64,000 bases of DNA from an uncultured Chloroflexia bacterium (GTDB taxonomy: Bacteria > Chloroflexota > Limnocylindria > Limnocylindrales > CSP1-4). Positions within the stretch are counted from its first letter, which is position 1; every line of letters begins with the position of its first letter. Position numbers and translations under genes: made by a program. The notes beneath the pieces were generated by a model. That model was not told the origin of the DNA and did not search any database. It saw only the letters and a program-made list of their open reading frames with translations. The stretch spans positions 576,001 through 640,000 of the forward strand of contig CAVYIM010000004.1 of NCBI GenBank assembly GCA_963768655.1, written 5' to 3'. Shown here piece after piece: positions 45,781-53,894 of this stretch.

Positions 45781-46197
45781 ATGAGCGTCTTCGACACCAT
45801 TCGCATCGCCGCCTCGGGGCTTACGGCCGAGCGGCTTCGCATGGACGTCGCCGCCAGCAACCTGGCCAACGCCCAGTCCACTCACAGCCAGGCCGACCCC
45901 ACGCAGCCATACCAGGACGAGGCGGTGGTCTTCCAGGCCCAGCAGATGGGCCCCGAGCCGGCGGCCCAGGGCGTGTCCGCGATCGCCATCCTCAATCCGA
46001 CCCGGCCCGACGTCCGCGTCTACGACCCGGGCAACCCCGATGCGGACGCCACGGGCTTCGTCACGTACCCCAACGTGGACGTCTCGTCGGAGATGACCGA
46101 CATCATGGGCGCGGCTCGCTCCTACCAGGTCGACGCGACGGTGGCCCAGGCCGCCAAGCAGCAGGCCCTCGACGCACTCGACCTCGGAAAGGCGTAG
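45781..46197 (+). CDS. flgC: Rod protein FlgC
   Basis: ASGLTAERLRMDVAASNLANA, YDPGNPDAD..G.V.YPNVD. Confidence 0.96.
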   Translation: MSVFDTIRIAASGLTAERLRMDVAASNLANAQSTHSQADPTQPYQDEAVVFQAQQMGPEPAAQGVSAIAILNPTRPDVRVYDPGNPDADATGFVTYPNVDVSSEMTDIMGAARSYQVDATVAQAAKQQALDALDLGKA

Positions 46198-46204
46198 GCA
46201 CGAG

Positions 46205-46585
46205 ATGAACGCCATCTCTCCAATCTCGTCCATCTCCGCCATCACGGGCACTTCCGGCGCCGGCTCCATCGGGTCGCTCTCGGGCACGAGCTCCATCGCC
46301 GGCACCAGCTCGATCGGCGGCAGCGACACCGTCGACGGCACCGCCGGAGGAACTCAGGCGCCGGGGGACTCGTTCCTCAACTCGCTGAGCGACGCCTTCG
46401 GGAGCCTGAACACGCAGCTGAATTCCGCCGACGCGGCGGTGGCCAACTTCGCGGCGGGCGGCTCGGCGGATCTCCACACCGTGATGCTCCAGATGGAGGA
46501 GGCCTCCATCAGCCTGAAGGCGGCGACCGACGTCCAGTCGAAGCTGGTCGAGGCCTACCAGGACATCATGCGGACGCAGGTTTGA
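46205..46585 (+). CDS. fliE: FliE
   Basis: DLHTVML, KLVEAYQDIMRTQV. Confidence 0.93.
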   Translation: MNAISPISSISAITGTSGAGSIGSLSGTSSIAGTSSIGGSDTVDGTAGGTQAPGDSFLNSLSDAFGSLNTQLNSADAAVANFAAGGSADLHTVMLQMEEASISLKAATDVQSKLVEAYQDIMRTQV

Positions 46586-46598
46586 GGGTGGCCGATCT

Positions 46599-48371
46599 AT
46601 GAACGACCAGGTCCAGTCGATCCTCAAGCAACTCTCGATCACTCAACGAATCGGGATCATCTTCGCCGCCCTCGGCTCGGTCGCGGCGATCGCCGTCCTG
46701 GTGATGTTCGCCAGCAAGCCCGACTACACGCCGGCCTTCACCAACCTCTCGGCCACCGACGCCGGCTCGATCGAGAGCGCTCTCCGCGGGGCGAACATTC
46801 CCTACGAGGTCTCCGATGCGGGCGCCACGATCATGGTCCCCGTCGATTCACTCGGGGATGCGAAGATCGCGGCCGCGGGCGCGGGTGTCACCACCGGTAC
46901 CAACGACACTCAGGGCTTCAATCTCTTCGACAACCAGCAGTTCGGCGAGTCGGAGTTCGACCAGCAGGTCACGTACCAGCGGGCGATCGAGGGCCAGCTG
47001 ACGCAGACCATCCAGGCAATGCAGGGCGTCGCGAGCGCCCGCGTCGCCGTCGTGATGGCTCAGACAGGCGTCCTCACCACCGAGGACACGCCCGCCAGCG
47101 CCTCCGTCGTCCTGACCATGTCCAACGGCAGCGCGCCTTCGAGTGGACTCGTTCAGGCCATCGTGAACACCGTCGCCGGCTCCGTCTCCGGGCTGTCGGC
47201 GGACAACGTCGTCGTGACCGACAACGCCGGCCACGTCCTTGCGGGCGCGGCCGACTCGGCCGATACGGCGGCAGCCCAGGCCAAGGATCTGATCGAGCAA
47301 CAGACCCAGGCCAAGATCGCGGCTCTCCTCGACGCCGCGCTGGGGCCGGGCCACGCGGCCGTCGCGGTCTCCGCCGACGTCGATACGAGCAAGGTCGAGG
47401 CGGACATCACGACCTACGCGCCGGCCGGCAGCGACCCGCCGGTAAGCATCAGCAACAGCTACGAGATGTACGGCCCGGGTTCATCCACGGGCGCCTGCGG
47501 CATCCCCGGCTCCGACTCCAACGTGGTCGGCCTTTCCTCCTACCCGGGTGTTTGCAGCGACACCTCGGCCACCACAACGGCCGCGCCGAGCGCCTCGCCG
47601 ACGGCCACCGCGTCGAGCTCGCCGAGCGCATCGCCGAGTGCTTCTCCGAGCGCTTCGCCGACGGCCGCAGCTTCGAGCTCGCCGGGGGCTTCGCCCTCGC
47701 CGGCGGCCGGGACGACCTCTAACAGTGGCTACATCCAGCAGACGACGACGATCAACTACAGCGTCTCTCAGACCGTCCAGCACATCGTCACCGAGCCCGG
47801 TGTCGTGCAGCGTCTTTCGGTCGCCGTTCTCGTGGACCAGGCCGCGTTGGGCACGCTCAATACCGATACGCTCAAGAACAGCATTTCGGCCGCCATCGGT
47901 GCCGACCCGTCCCGCGGCGACGTCGTCGCGGTGGATGCCGTCGCGTTCGCCGCGCAGCCTTCCTCGGCCACGACCACGGCCGCGTCAGCCGCAGCCGCGG
48001 CCGCTGCCGCGGGCGCTCCGGACGTGGTGAAGTCCGTTGGCGACATGAGCGGCACGATCCTGGGGGCCGCCTTCGCCCTCATCATGCTCCTCCTCTTCTG
48101 GATCAACGCCCGCGCCCTCGGACGGCGCGCCGACGACACGGTCATGGATCTCGGCCCGGCTCCGGCCGGCAACGCGAACTACCTCCCGGCTCCCGCGCGG
48201 TCGAACGCGCCGGCGATCGGCGCCCCCGAGGCTCCGCCGGCGGAGATGCCGGGCGCCACCCCACAGGCCCGCATCCAGGAGCGCCTTCGGATGGTCGCCG
48301 ACGAGCGCCCGGACGCCCTGGTCGGTCTGATGCACGGCTGGCTGCGTGAAGAGGAACGCCGTAACCGATGA
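46599..48371 (+). CDS. fliF: MS-ring protein FliF
   Basis: N-terminal TM, GFNLFD, YQRAIEGQL, ASASV, RLSVAVLVD, second TM, C-terminal GWL. Confidence 0.95.
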   Translation: MNDQVQSILKQLSITQRIGIIFAALGSVAAIAVLVMFASKPDYTPAFTNLSATDAGSIESALRGANIPYEVSDAGATIMVPVDSLGDAKIAAAGAGVTTGTNDTQGFNLFDNQQFGESEFDQQVTYQRAIEGQLTQTIQAMQGVASARVAVVMAQTGVLTTEDTPASASVVLTMSNGSAPSSGLVQAIVNTVAGSVSGLSADNVVVTDNAGHVLAGAADSADTAAAQAKDLIEQQTQAKIAALLDAALGPGHAAVAVSADVDTSKVEADITTYAPAGSDPPVSISNSYEMYGPGSSTGACGIPGSDSNVVGLSSYPGVCSDTSATTTAAPSASPTATASSSPSASPSASPSASPTAAASSSPGASPSPAAGTTSNSGYIQQTTTINYSVSQTVQHIVTEPGVVQRLSVAVLVDQAALGTLNTDTLKNSISAAIGADPSRGDVVAVDAVAFAAQPSSATTTAASAAAAAAAAGAPDVVKSVGDMSGTILGAAFALIMLLLFWINARALGRRADDTVMDLGPAPAGNANYLPAPARSNAPAIGAPEAPPAEMPGATPQARIQERLRMVADERPDALVGLMHGWLREEERRNR

Positions 48372-49384
48372 GCCCCGAAGCAGCGTCAATCGCTCTCTCC
48401 GGACCACGCAAGGCTGCCGCGCTGTTGATCACGCTCGGCACCGAGGCGTCGGCCAAGCTGCTTGCCCGCCTGCCGCCCGAGGCGATCGATCGGGTCGCTC
48501 TCGAGCTGATGCGAATGCCCGCCGTCGACTCGCTTACGCGCGACGCAATTCTCGAGGAGGCCTATGCCGGCCTCTTCGCCCACGCCGGCGTCCTGCCCGG
48601 CGGCGAGAACTACGCCCTCGAGCTGTTCGGCCAGGCATTTGGCTCGGGCAAGGCCCACGAACTGCTGGATCGAGTTCACCAGGCCCAGCAGATCATCCCG
48701 TTCGACTTCATCCGGGACCTCGATCCCGTGCAGGCCGCCGGGTTGCTCTCCGACGAGCATCCCCAGACCGTCGCCATCGTCCTGGCCCACATCGATCCCC
48801 GCGCCGCCGCCCGCATCCTGACCCAGTTCGAGGCGCCGATCCAGGTCGAGGTCGCCAAGCGCATCGCGCTCACGGAGCAGATCACGCCTGAGGCCGTCGA
48901 GATCGTGGAGGACGGCCTGCGCCACAAGCTCTCGTCCGTCGTCACCGACGTCACTTCCATCGGCGGGACGCGGCCGCTGGCCCACGTCCTCAACCAGGTC
49001 GGCCGAACCAATGAGCGGCTCATCCTGACCGCCCTGTCCGAGCAGGACTCCCAGCTGGCCGACGAAGTCCGCCGCTTCATGTTCGTCTTCGACGACATGG
49101 TTCTCCTCGACGACCGGGCCATGCAGCGTGTCATCCGGGAGCTCGACGCCAAGGACATGGCGCTGGCGCTGCGGCCGGCGACGGAGCAGCTGCGCCTCAA
49201 GTTCTTCAACAACATGTCCCAGCGCGCAGCCGACATGCTGCGCGAGGAGATGAGCCTGGCCGGCCAGGTCCGCATGAAGGCCGTCGAGGAAGCGCAGCAG
49301 CGGATCATCGACACGGTAAAGAAGCTCGAGGACTCGGACGAGATCGCCATCAACCGCGGAGGCACCGAAGATGCCTTCGTCTAG
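48368..49384 (+). CDS. fliG: C-ring protein FliG
   Basis: KAAALLITLG, EHPQTVA, MFVFDD, NMSQRAA. Confidence 0.97.
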   Translation: MSPEAASIALSGPRKAAALLITLGTEASAKLLARLPPEAIDRVALELMRMPAVDSLTRDAILEEAYAGLFAHAGVLPGGENYALELFGQAFGSGKAHELLDRVHQAQQIIPFDFIRDLDPVQAAGLLSDEHPQTVAIVLAHIDPRAAARILTQFEAPIQVEVAKRIALTEQITPEAVEIVEDGLRHKLSSVVTDVTSIGGTRPLAHVLNQVGRTNERLILTALSEQDSQLADEVRRFMFVFDDMVLLDDRAMQRVIRELDAKDMALALRPATEQLRLKFFNNMSQRAADMLREEMSLAGQVRMKAVEEAQQRIIDTVKKLEDSDEIAINRGGTEDAFV

Positions 49385-50156
49385 CTGGCGCCTGATTCGA
49401 GATTCCCCGGATGACGGTGCGACCAACGGGTCGGGGCCCGCCGTTTCGGTGTCGGCTCCGGCTCCGGCGTCTGTGGCCGAGATGGCCGGCAAAGGACGGG
49501 GCGTGCTGCGGGGTACGAACAAGGCTCCATCTCGCAGATCCCCTTCATCGAGCGGCACGGCGGCCGTGGCAGGCGGCGCGGCGCCCGTCAGCGCCAACCC
49601 CGAGGCCGAGGCCATCGCGGAGGAGATCCGCCGCGCCGAGCGCGCGGCCGAGGAGCGCGGCTATCAGGCCGGCATCAACCGCGCCGAGTCCGAGCTGCGC
49701 GCTTCCGTCGACGCGGCCGGCGCGCTGGTAGAGCGGATCTCGAGCATCGCCCCGGAGCGGACATCGGAGATCGCCCACGCCATAGCGGAGCTCGCCCTGT
49801 CGGTGGCGAAGCGTGTCGTGCAGCATGAGGTCCGGCTCGAGCCGAGCCTGCTGTGCGCCGCCCTCGAGGCCGCCGTCAGCACCATCAACGGATCGCCCGA
49901 GGCGCACGTCCTTCTCAATCCGGCGGCGGTGGAGCCGGTTCATCAGGCCTGGGAGGCACTCCACGGCCGGGCATACCTGGGCAAGAAGTGGACCTTCGAG
50001 GGCGACCCGACGCTGCCCGTGGGCGGCTGCACCCTCCGCTACGAACACGGTTTCGTGGAGGCCGGCCTGGAGGCGCAGCTCGAGGAGATCGGCATCGCCC
50101 TCGATCGGGCCATTCCCAACCTGTCCCGCAGCGCCGTCGAGGAGGAGGTCGCATGA
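49371..50156 (+). CDS. fliH: FliH
   Basis: AEERGYQAG (AxxxGxxxG), DPTLPVGGC. Lies between fliG and fliI. Confidence 0.85.
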   Translation: MPSSSWRLIRDSPDDGATNGSGPAVSVSAPAPASVAEMAGKGRGVLRGTNKAPSRRSPSSSGTAAVAGGAAPVSANPEAEAIAEEIRRAERAAEERGYQAGINRAESELRASVDAAGALVERISSIAPERTSEIAHAIAELALSVAKRVVQHEVRLEPSLLCAALEAAVSTINGSPEAHVLLNPAAVEPVHQAWEALHGRAYLGKKWTFEGDPTLPVGGCTLRYEHGFVEAGLEAQLEEIGIALDRAIPNLSRSAVEEEVA

Positions 50157-51715
50157 CGGGATCCCTCCGGGGCGGCAACGGCACGCTTCTGGGCACGCGG
50201 CACGGCCACACGCTGCTGGACAGTGGCGGCGAGGCGGTCACGCCGCTGCTCCGTCATCTCATCGAGGCCGCCGAGGCGGCTTCGCGGTTCCAGGCCACGG
50301 GCGAGGTCGTTCGGGTCATCGGCACCACCGTCGAAGCAGCCGGCCTGATCCTGCAGCTCGGGTCGATCTGCTGGATCGATCTCGAGCCCGAGGGCATGGT
50401 CAGCGCCGAGGTGGTCGGGTTCAAGGATGGGCTGATCACGCTCGTCCCCTTCGGCGACCTGTCCGGCGTTCGACCCGGATCGGCCGTCCGGCTGCGCGAA
50501 CAGCAGTTCCGCGTCCCGATCGGTCCGGCCGTATTGGGCCGCGTGCTCGACGGCTTCGGGCGGCCGCTGGATGGTCAGGGTCCGCTCCGCGCCGAGTATC
50601 GAGTCGTGACCGGCGCTGCACCTCATCCGTTGGGCCGGGCCCGCATCTCGACTCCGATCTCGACCGGCGTACGCTCGCTGGACGGGCTTCTCTCCGCCGG
50701 CAAGGGCCAGCGGCTCGGCATCTTCGCGGGCTCCGGCGTGGGCAAGTCCACGCTCCTGGCGATGATCGCCCGCCACGCCTCCTCGGATGTCAACGTGATC
50801 GCCCTGATCGGCGAGCGAGGCCGCGAGGTCCAGGAGTTCATCGACGAGCAACTTGGCGCCGAGGGTCTGGCGCGGTCTTGCGTCGTCGTGGCCACGTCCG
50901 ACCAGCCGGCGCTGCTCCGCCTCAAGGCGGCGGAGATCGCCACCGCCATCGCCGAGTCGTTCCGGGACGAGGGCAAGGATGTCCTCTTCATGATGGACTC
51001 GGTCACGCGGCTGGCCATGGCCCAGCGTGAGATCGGTCTCGGGGCAGGGGAGCCCCCGGCCCTGCGCGGCTATCCGCCCTCTGTCTTCTCGTTCCTGCCC
51101 CGCCTTCTCGAGCGCGCCGGCAACACCGAGTACGGCACGATCACCGGCTTCTTCACCGTCCTGGTCGAAGGCGACGACATGACCGAGCCGGTCGCCGACA
51201 CGGTCCGCTCGATCCTCGACGGCCACATCGTGCTGTCGCGTGCCCTCGCCGAGCGCAATCACTACCCGGCGATCGACGTCCTGGCGTCCGTCTCGCGGGC
51301 CATGCCGGCCGTCGTCGACAAGGAACACCTTCGAGTCGCCGGCGCGATCCGGGCCGCGCTGGCCGAATACGAGGGCGCCCGCGATCTCATCGAGGTCGGA
51401 GCCTATGCCCACGGCTCGAACCCGGCGATCGACGAGGCCATTGCTCTGCGGCCGGCCCTCGAGGCTTTCCTGTGTCAGGAGCTCGAGGAGCAGTCCGACA
51501 TCGCCACCGCCCGGCGAATGATGGAAGCCACAGGCGTGCTGGAGGCTCATGCGCTTCTCGGGGCCGGCGCCGGCCTTGCCGCGGCGAAACCCGTCCAGGC
51601 GCAAACGCCGAAGACCCAGCCGGCGCAGACGCCCGCCGCCGGCGGTGCCGGCGCCACACAACCCAACTGGTCGAGCTCCGTGCCCGCCAGCCTGCGCGGT
51701 GGGGCGCCCCGATGA
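50153..51715 (+). CDS. fliI: Flagellar export ATPase FliI
   Basis: GIFAGSGVGKS, GERGREV, DSVTR, GEPP, ILDGHIVL. Confidence 0.97.
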   Translation: MTGSLRGGNGTLLGTRHGHTLLDSGGEAVTPLLRHLIEAAEAASRFQATGEVVRVIGTTVEAAGLILQLGSICWIDLEPEGMVSAEVVGFKDGLITLVPFGDLSGVRPGSAVRLREQQFRVPIGPAVLGRVLDGFGRPLDGQGPLRAEYRVVTGAAPHPLGRARISTPISTGVRSLDGLLSAGKGQRLGIFAGSGVGKSTLLAMIARHASSDVNVIALIGERGREVQEFIDEQLGAEGLARSCVVVATSDQPALLRLKAAEIATAIAESFRDEGKDVLFMMDSVTRLAMAQREIGLGAGEPPALRGYPPSVFSFLPRLLERAGNTEYGTITGFFTVLVEGDDMTEPVADTVRSILDGHIVLSRALAERNHYPAIDVLASVSRAMPAVVDKEHLRVAGAIRAALAEYEGARDLIEVGAYAHGSNPAIDEAIALRPALEAFLCQELEEQSDIATARRMMEATGVLEAHALLGAGAGLAAAKPVQAQTPKTQPAQTPAAGGAGATQPNWSSSVPASLRGGAPR

Positions 51716-52161
51716 GCAATCGCTTCCGCCTCGGCATCGTCCTGCGCCTGCGCGAGATGGCCGAGGAATCGGCCCGCATCGACCTCGGCCACGCCGTCGC
51801 CGCGCACCAGCGGGCCGTCGCGCTCGTCCAGGCGGCCCAGGGACGCGCCGGAGACGACATGCGCTATCTCTCCGACCTGCAGCGCAGTCGCGCCGAGGCG
51901 GGCCAGCTCCAGAGTGCGGTGCTCGCGGTGGCCTCCGCCCAGCGTGGCATCGTGGCGGCCCAGGAACGGCTCGGCCGGGCCACGAGCGCCCTGTTCGAGG
52001 CGCGCCGGGCCCTGGCCGAAGCCACCCGCCGGCGCGAGGTCGTGGAGCGGTTGCGCGACCGATTCATGGCCGAGGAGCGTCGCGCGCGGGACCGCCTCGA
52101 CACCCTCGCCATGGCCGAGATCGCGTCCACTCAGCACGCCACGCGCGCGAGGAACCGCTGA
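51712..52161 (+). CDS. fliJ: FliJ
   Basis: FRLGIVLRLR N-terminus, coiled coil, follows fliI. Confidence 0.85.
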   Translation: MSNRFRLGIVLRLREMAEESARIDLGHAVAAHQRAVALVQAAQGRAGDDMRYLSDLQRSRAEAGQLQSAVLAVASAQRGIVAAQERLGRATSALFEARRALAEATRRREVVERLRDRFMAEERRARDRLDTLAMAEIASTQHATRARNR

Positions 52162-53426
52162 TGTACGGCTACGAGAGCCTCGTCTCGCGCATCGCCCAGC
52201 TCGACCAGCTGATACGGAGCGTGGATCCGACCTGGCAGTCCGGCTCGTATGCGGCGGCGCCGGTTGGCGTCGGCGGACTGGTCGGTTCGGCGGGCGCTGC
52301 CCTGAGCGACACCTCGCCCTTCGCCGGCGTCCTCGAGTCCATCTCATCCAGCTCGTCCGTCTCCAGCGACGCGGTCGCCGCTGCCGCGAACCCCTACGCC
52401 AACACGGTCTACGCCGGCATCCAGGTCTTGGGCGGCAGCGGGACTGAAATCGCATTCAGCAACCCGATGCCGAGCGGCAAGCTGACCCAGGCGTTTGGGC
52501 CCACGAGCCTGACCATGGAACCGCCCGCCACCGTCGATGGCGTCCACTACGCGCATTACCACTCGGGCATCGACCTCGCGACGAAGGAAGGTACGCCGAT
52601 CCTTGCCGCGGCCGACGGCACCGTGACCTATGCCGGCCGCGAGTCCGACGGCGCGGTGATCGTGAAGATCAAGCATGCCGACGGCTACGTGACCCTGTAC
52701 GGACATCTGAACCCGGATCTCGACGTCAAGGTCGGCGACGTGGTCAGCCGTGGCCAGGAGATCGGCACCGAAGGGGACACGGGCAAGTCCACCGGGCCCC
52801 ATCTGCACTTCGCTCTGTACGACCCGAGCGGCAAGGCGATCGATCCGACCCCGTATCTCGAGAGCGGGCGCCTGCCCGACGCGACCCCCAAGAAGAGCTC
52901 TGAGACGAATCTGACGGTGACCTCCCCGTCGGGTCCGATGCCCAGCTCTCTGGCCAGTCCGGCCTCGGTCTCCGATACCGGGTCGACGTCGTGGGAGCCG
53001 ACCCAGGCCGTTCTCGCCCGCTTCGACGCCGTGGCCTCGAAGATCCCCTACGCCAGCCAGATTCGGACGGCCGCTGTCGCGGCCGGCATCGACCCGCTCC
53101 TGCTTGCGGCGCTGGTGTCAAAGGAGTCGAGCTTCCATGCGACGTCGGTGTCCAGCTGCGGCGCGAAGGGCCTCACTCAGCTGATGCCAGCCACGGCCAG
53201 CGGCATGGGCGTCTCGAACGTGTTCGATCCTCAGCAGAACCTGGACGGCGGCGCCAAGTACCTGGCTCTGCAGCTCAAGCGCTTCGGGCGCATCGACAAG
53301 GCCCTGGCGGCCTACAACAAGGGCCCGGGAACTGTCTGGAGGGCCGGCACCGTGCCGGAATCGGCCAAGGGATACGTCTCCCACGTCCTTGCCAAGTGGA
53401 CGAGCTATGAGGAGGCCGCGTCATGA
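52161..53426 (+). CDS. M23 endopeptidase plus lytic transglycosylase (SLT) fusion
   Basis: M23: HSGID, YGHL, STGPHLHF. SLT: ESSF, GLTQLMP, AAYNKGPG. Confidence 0.92.
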   Translation: MYGYESLVSRIAQLDQLIRSVDPTWQSGSYAAAPVGVGGLVGSAGAALSDTSPFAGVLESISSSSSVSSDAVAAAANPYANTVYAGIQVLGGSGTEIAFSNPMPSGKLTQAFGPTSLTMEPPATVDGVHYAHYHSGIDLATKEGTPILAAADGTVTYAGRESDGAVIVKIKHADGYVTLYGHLNPDLDVKVGDVVSRGQEIGTEGDTGKSTGPHLHFALYDPSGKAIDPTPYLESGRLPDATPKKSSETNLTVTSPSGPMPSSLASPASVSDTGSTSWEPTQAVLARFDAVASKIPYASQIRTAAVAAGIDPLLLAALVSKESSFHATSVSSCGAKGLTQLMPATASGMGVSNVFDPQQNLDGGAKYLALQLKRFGRIDKALAAYNKGPGTVWRAGTVPESAKGYVSHVLAKWTSYEEAAS

Positions 53427-53893
53427 GCGGTCTGATCGACGGGACGACTTCAGTCCTCTCGCAGGCTCTGGATGGCCTCACAAGCAGGCAGTCGGCGATC
53501 TCATCGAATCTGGCCAACATCGACACGCCCGGCTACAAGGCGCAGACGGTCGACTTCGAGACGGCTCTGAGCCAGGAGGTTCAGGCCATGGAATTGTCGG
53601 GCTCGTCGACGACCGCTCCCGCGGATCCCTCGACGGGGCCTTCGGCCGCGATCGCCATGCTGACGAACGACCCGCGTCAGTACTCGTCGATAGCGTCGAC
53701 CCTGGGGCAGTCCGGGACGACGACCTCGACCACCGACTCGACGGCCAACGAGAACCTGCGCAACGACGGCAACACGGTTGATCTCGAGACGGAGATGACG
53801 GCCCTGACCGAGACGCAGATCAAGTACTCGGCCGTCGCGGAACTCCTCACCGACAAGTTCACACAGCTCTACGACGTGCTTGGAGGGCATTAG
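53423..53893 (+). CDS. flgB: Rod protein FlgB
   Basis: NLANIDTPGYKA, RNDGNTVDLETEM. Confidence 0.95.
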   Translation: MSGLIDGTTSVLSQALDGLTSRQSAISSNLANIDTPGYKAQTVDFETALSQEVQAMELSGSSTTAPADPSTGPSAAIAMLTNDPRQYSSIASTLGQSGTTTSTTDSTANENLRNDGNTVDLETEMTALTETQIKYSAVAELLTDKFTQLYDVLGGH

Positions 53894-53894
53894 G

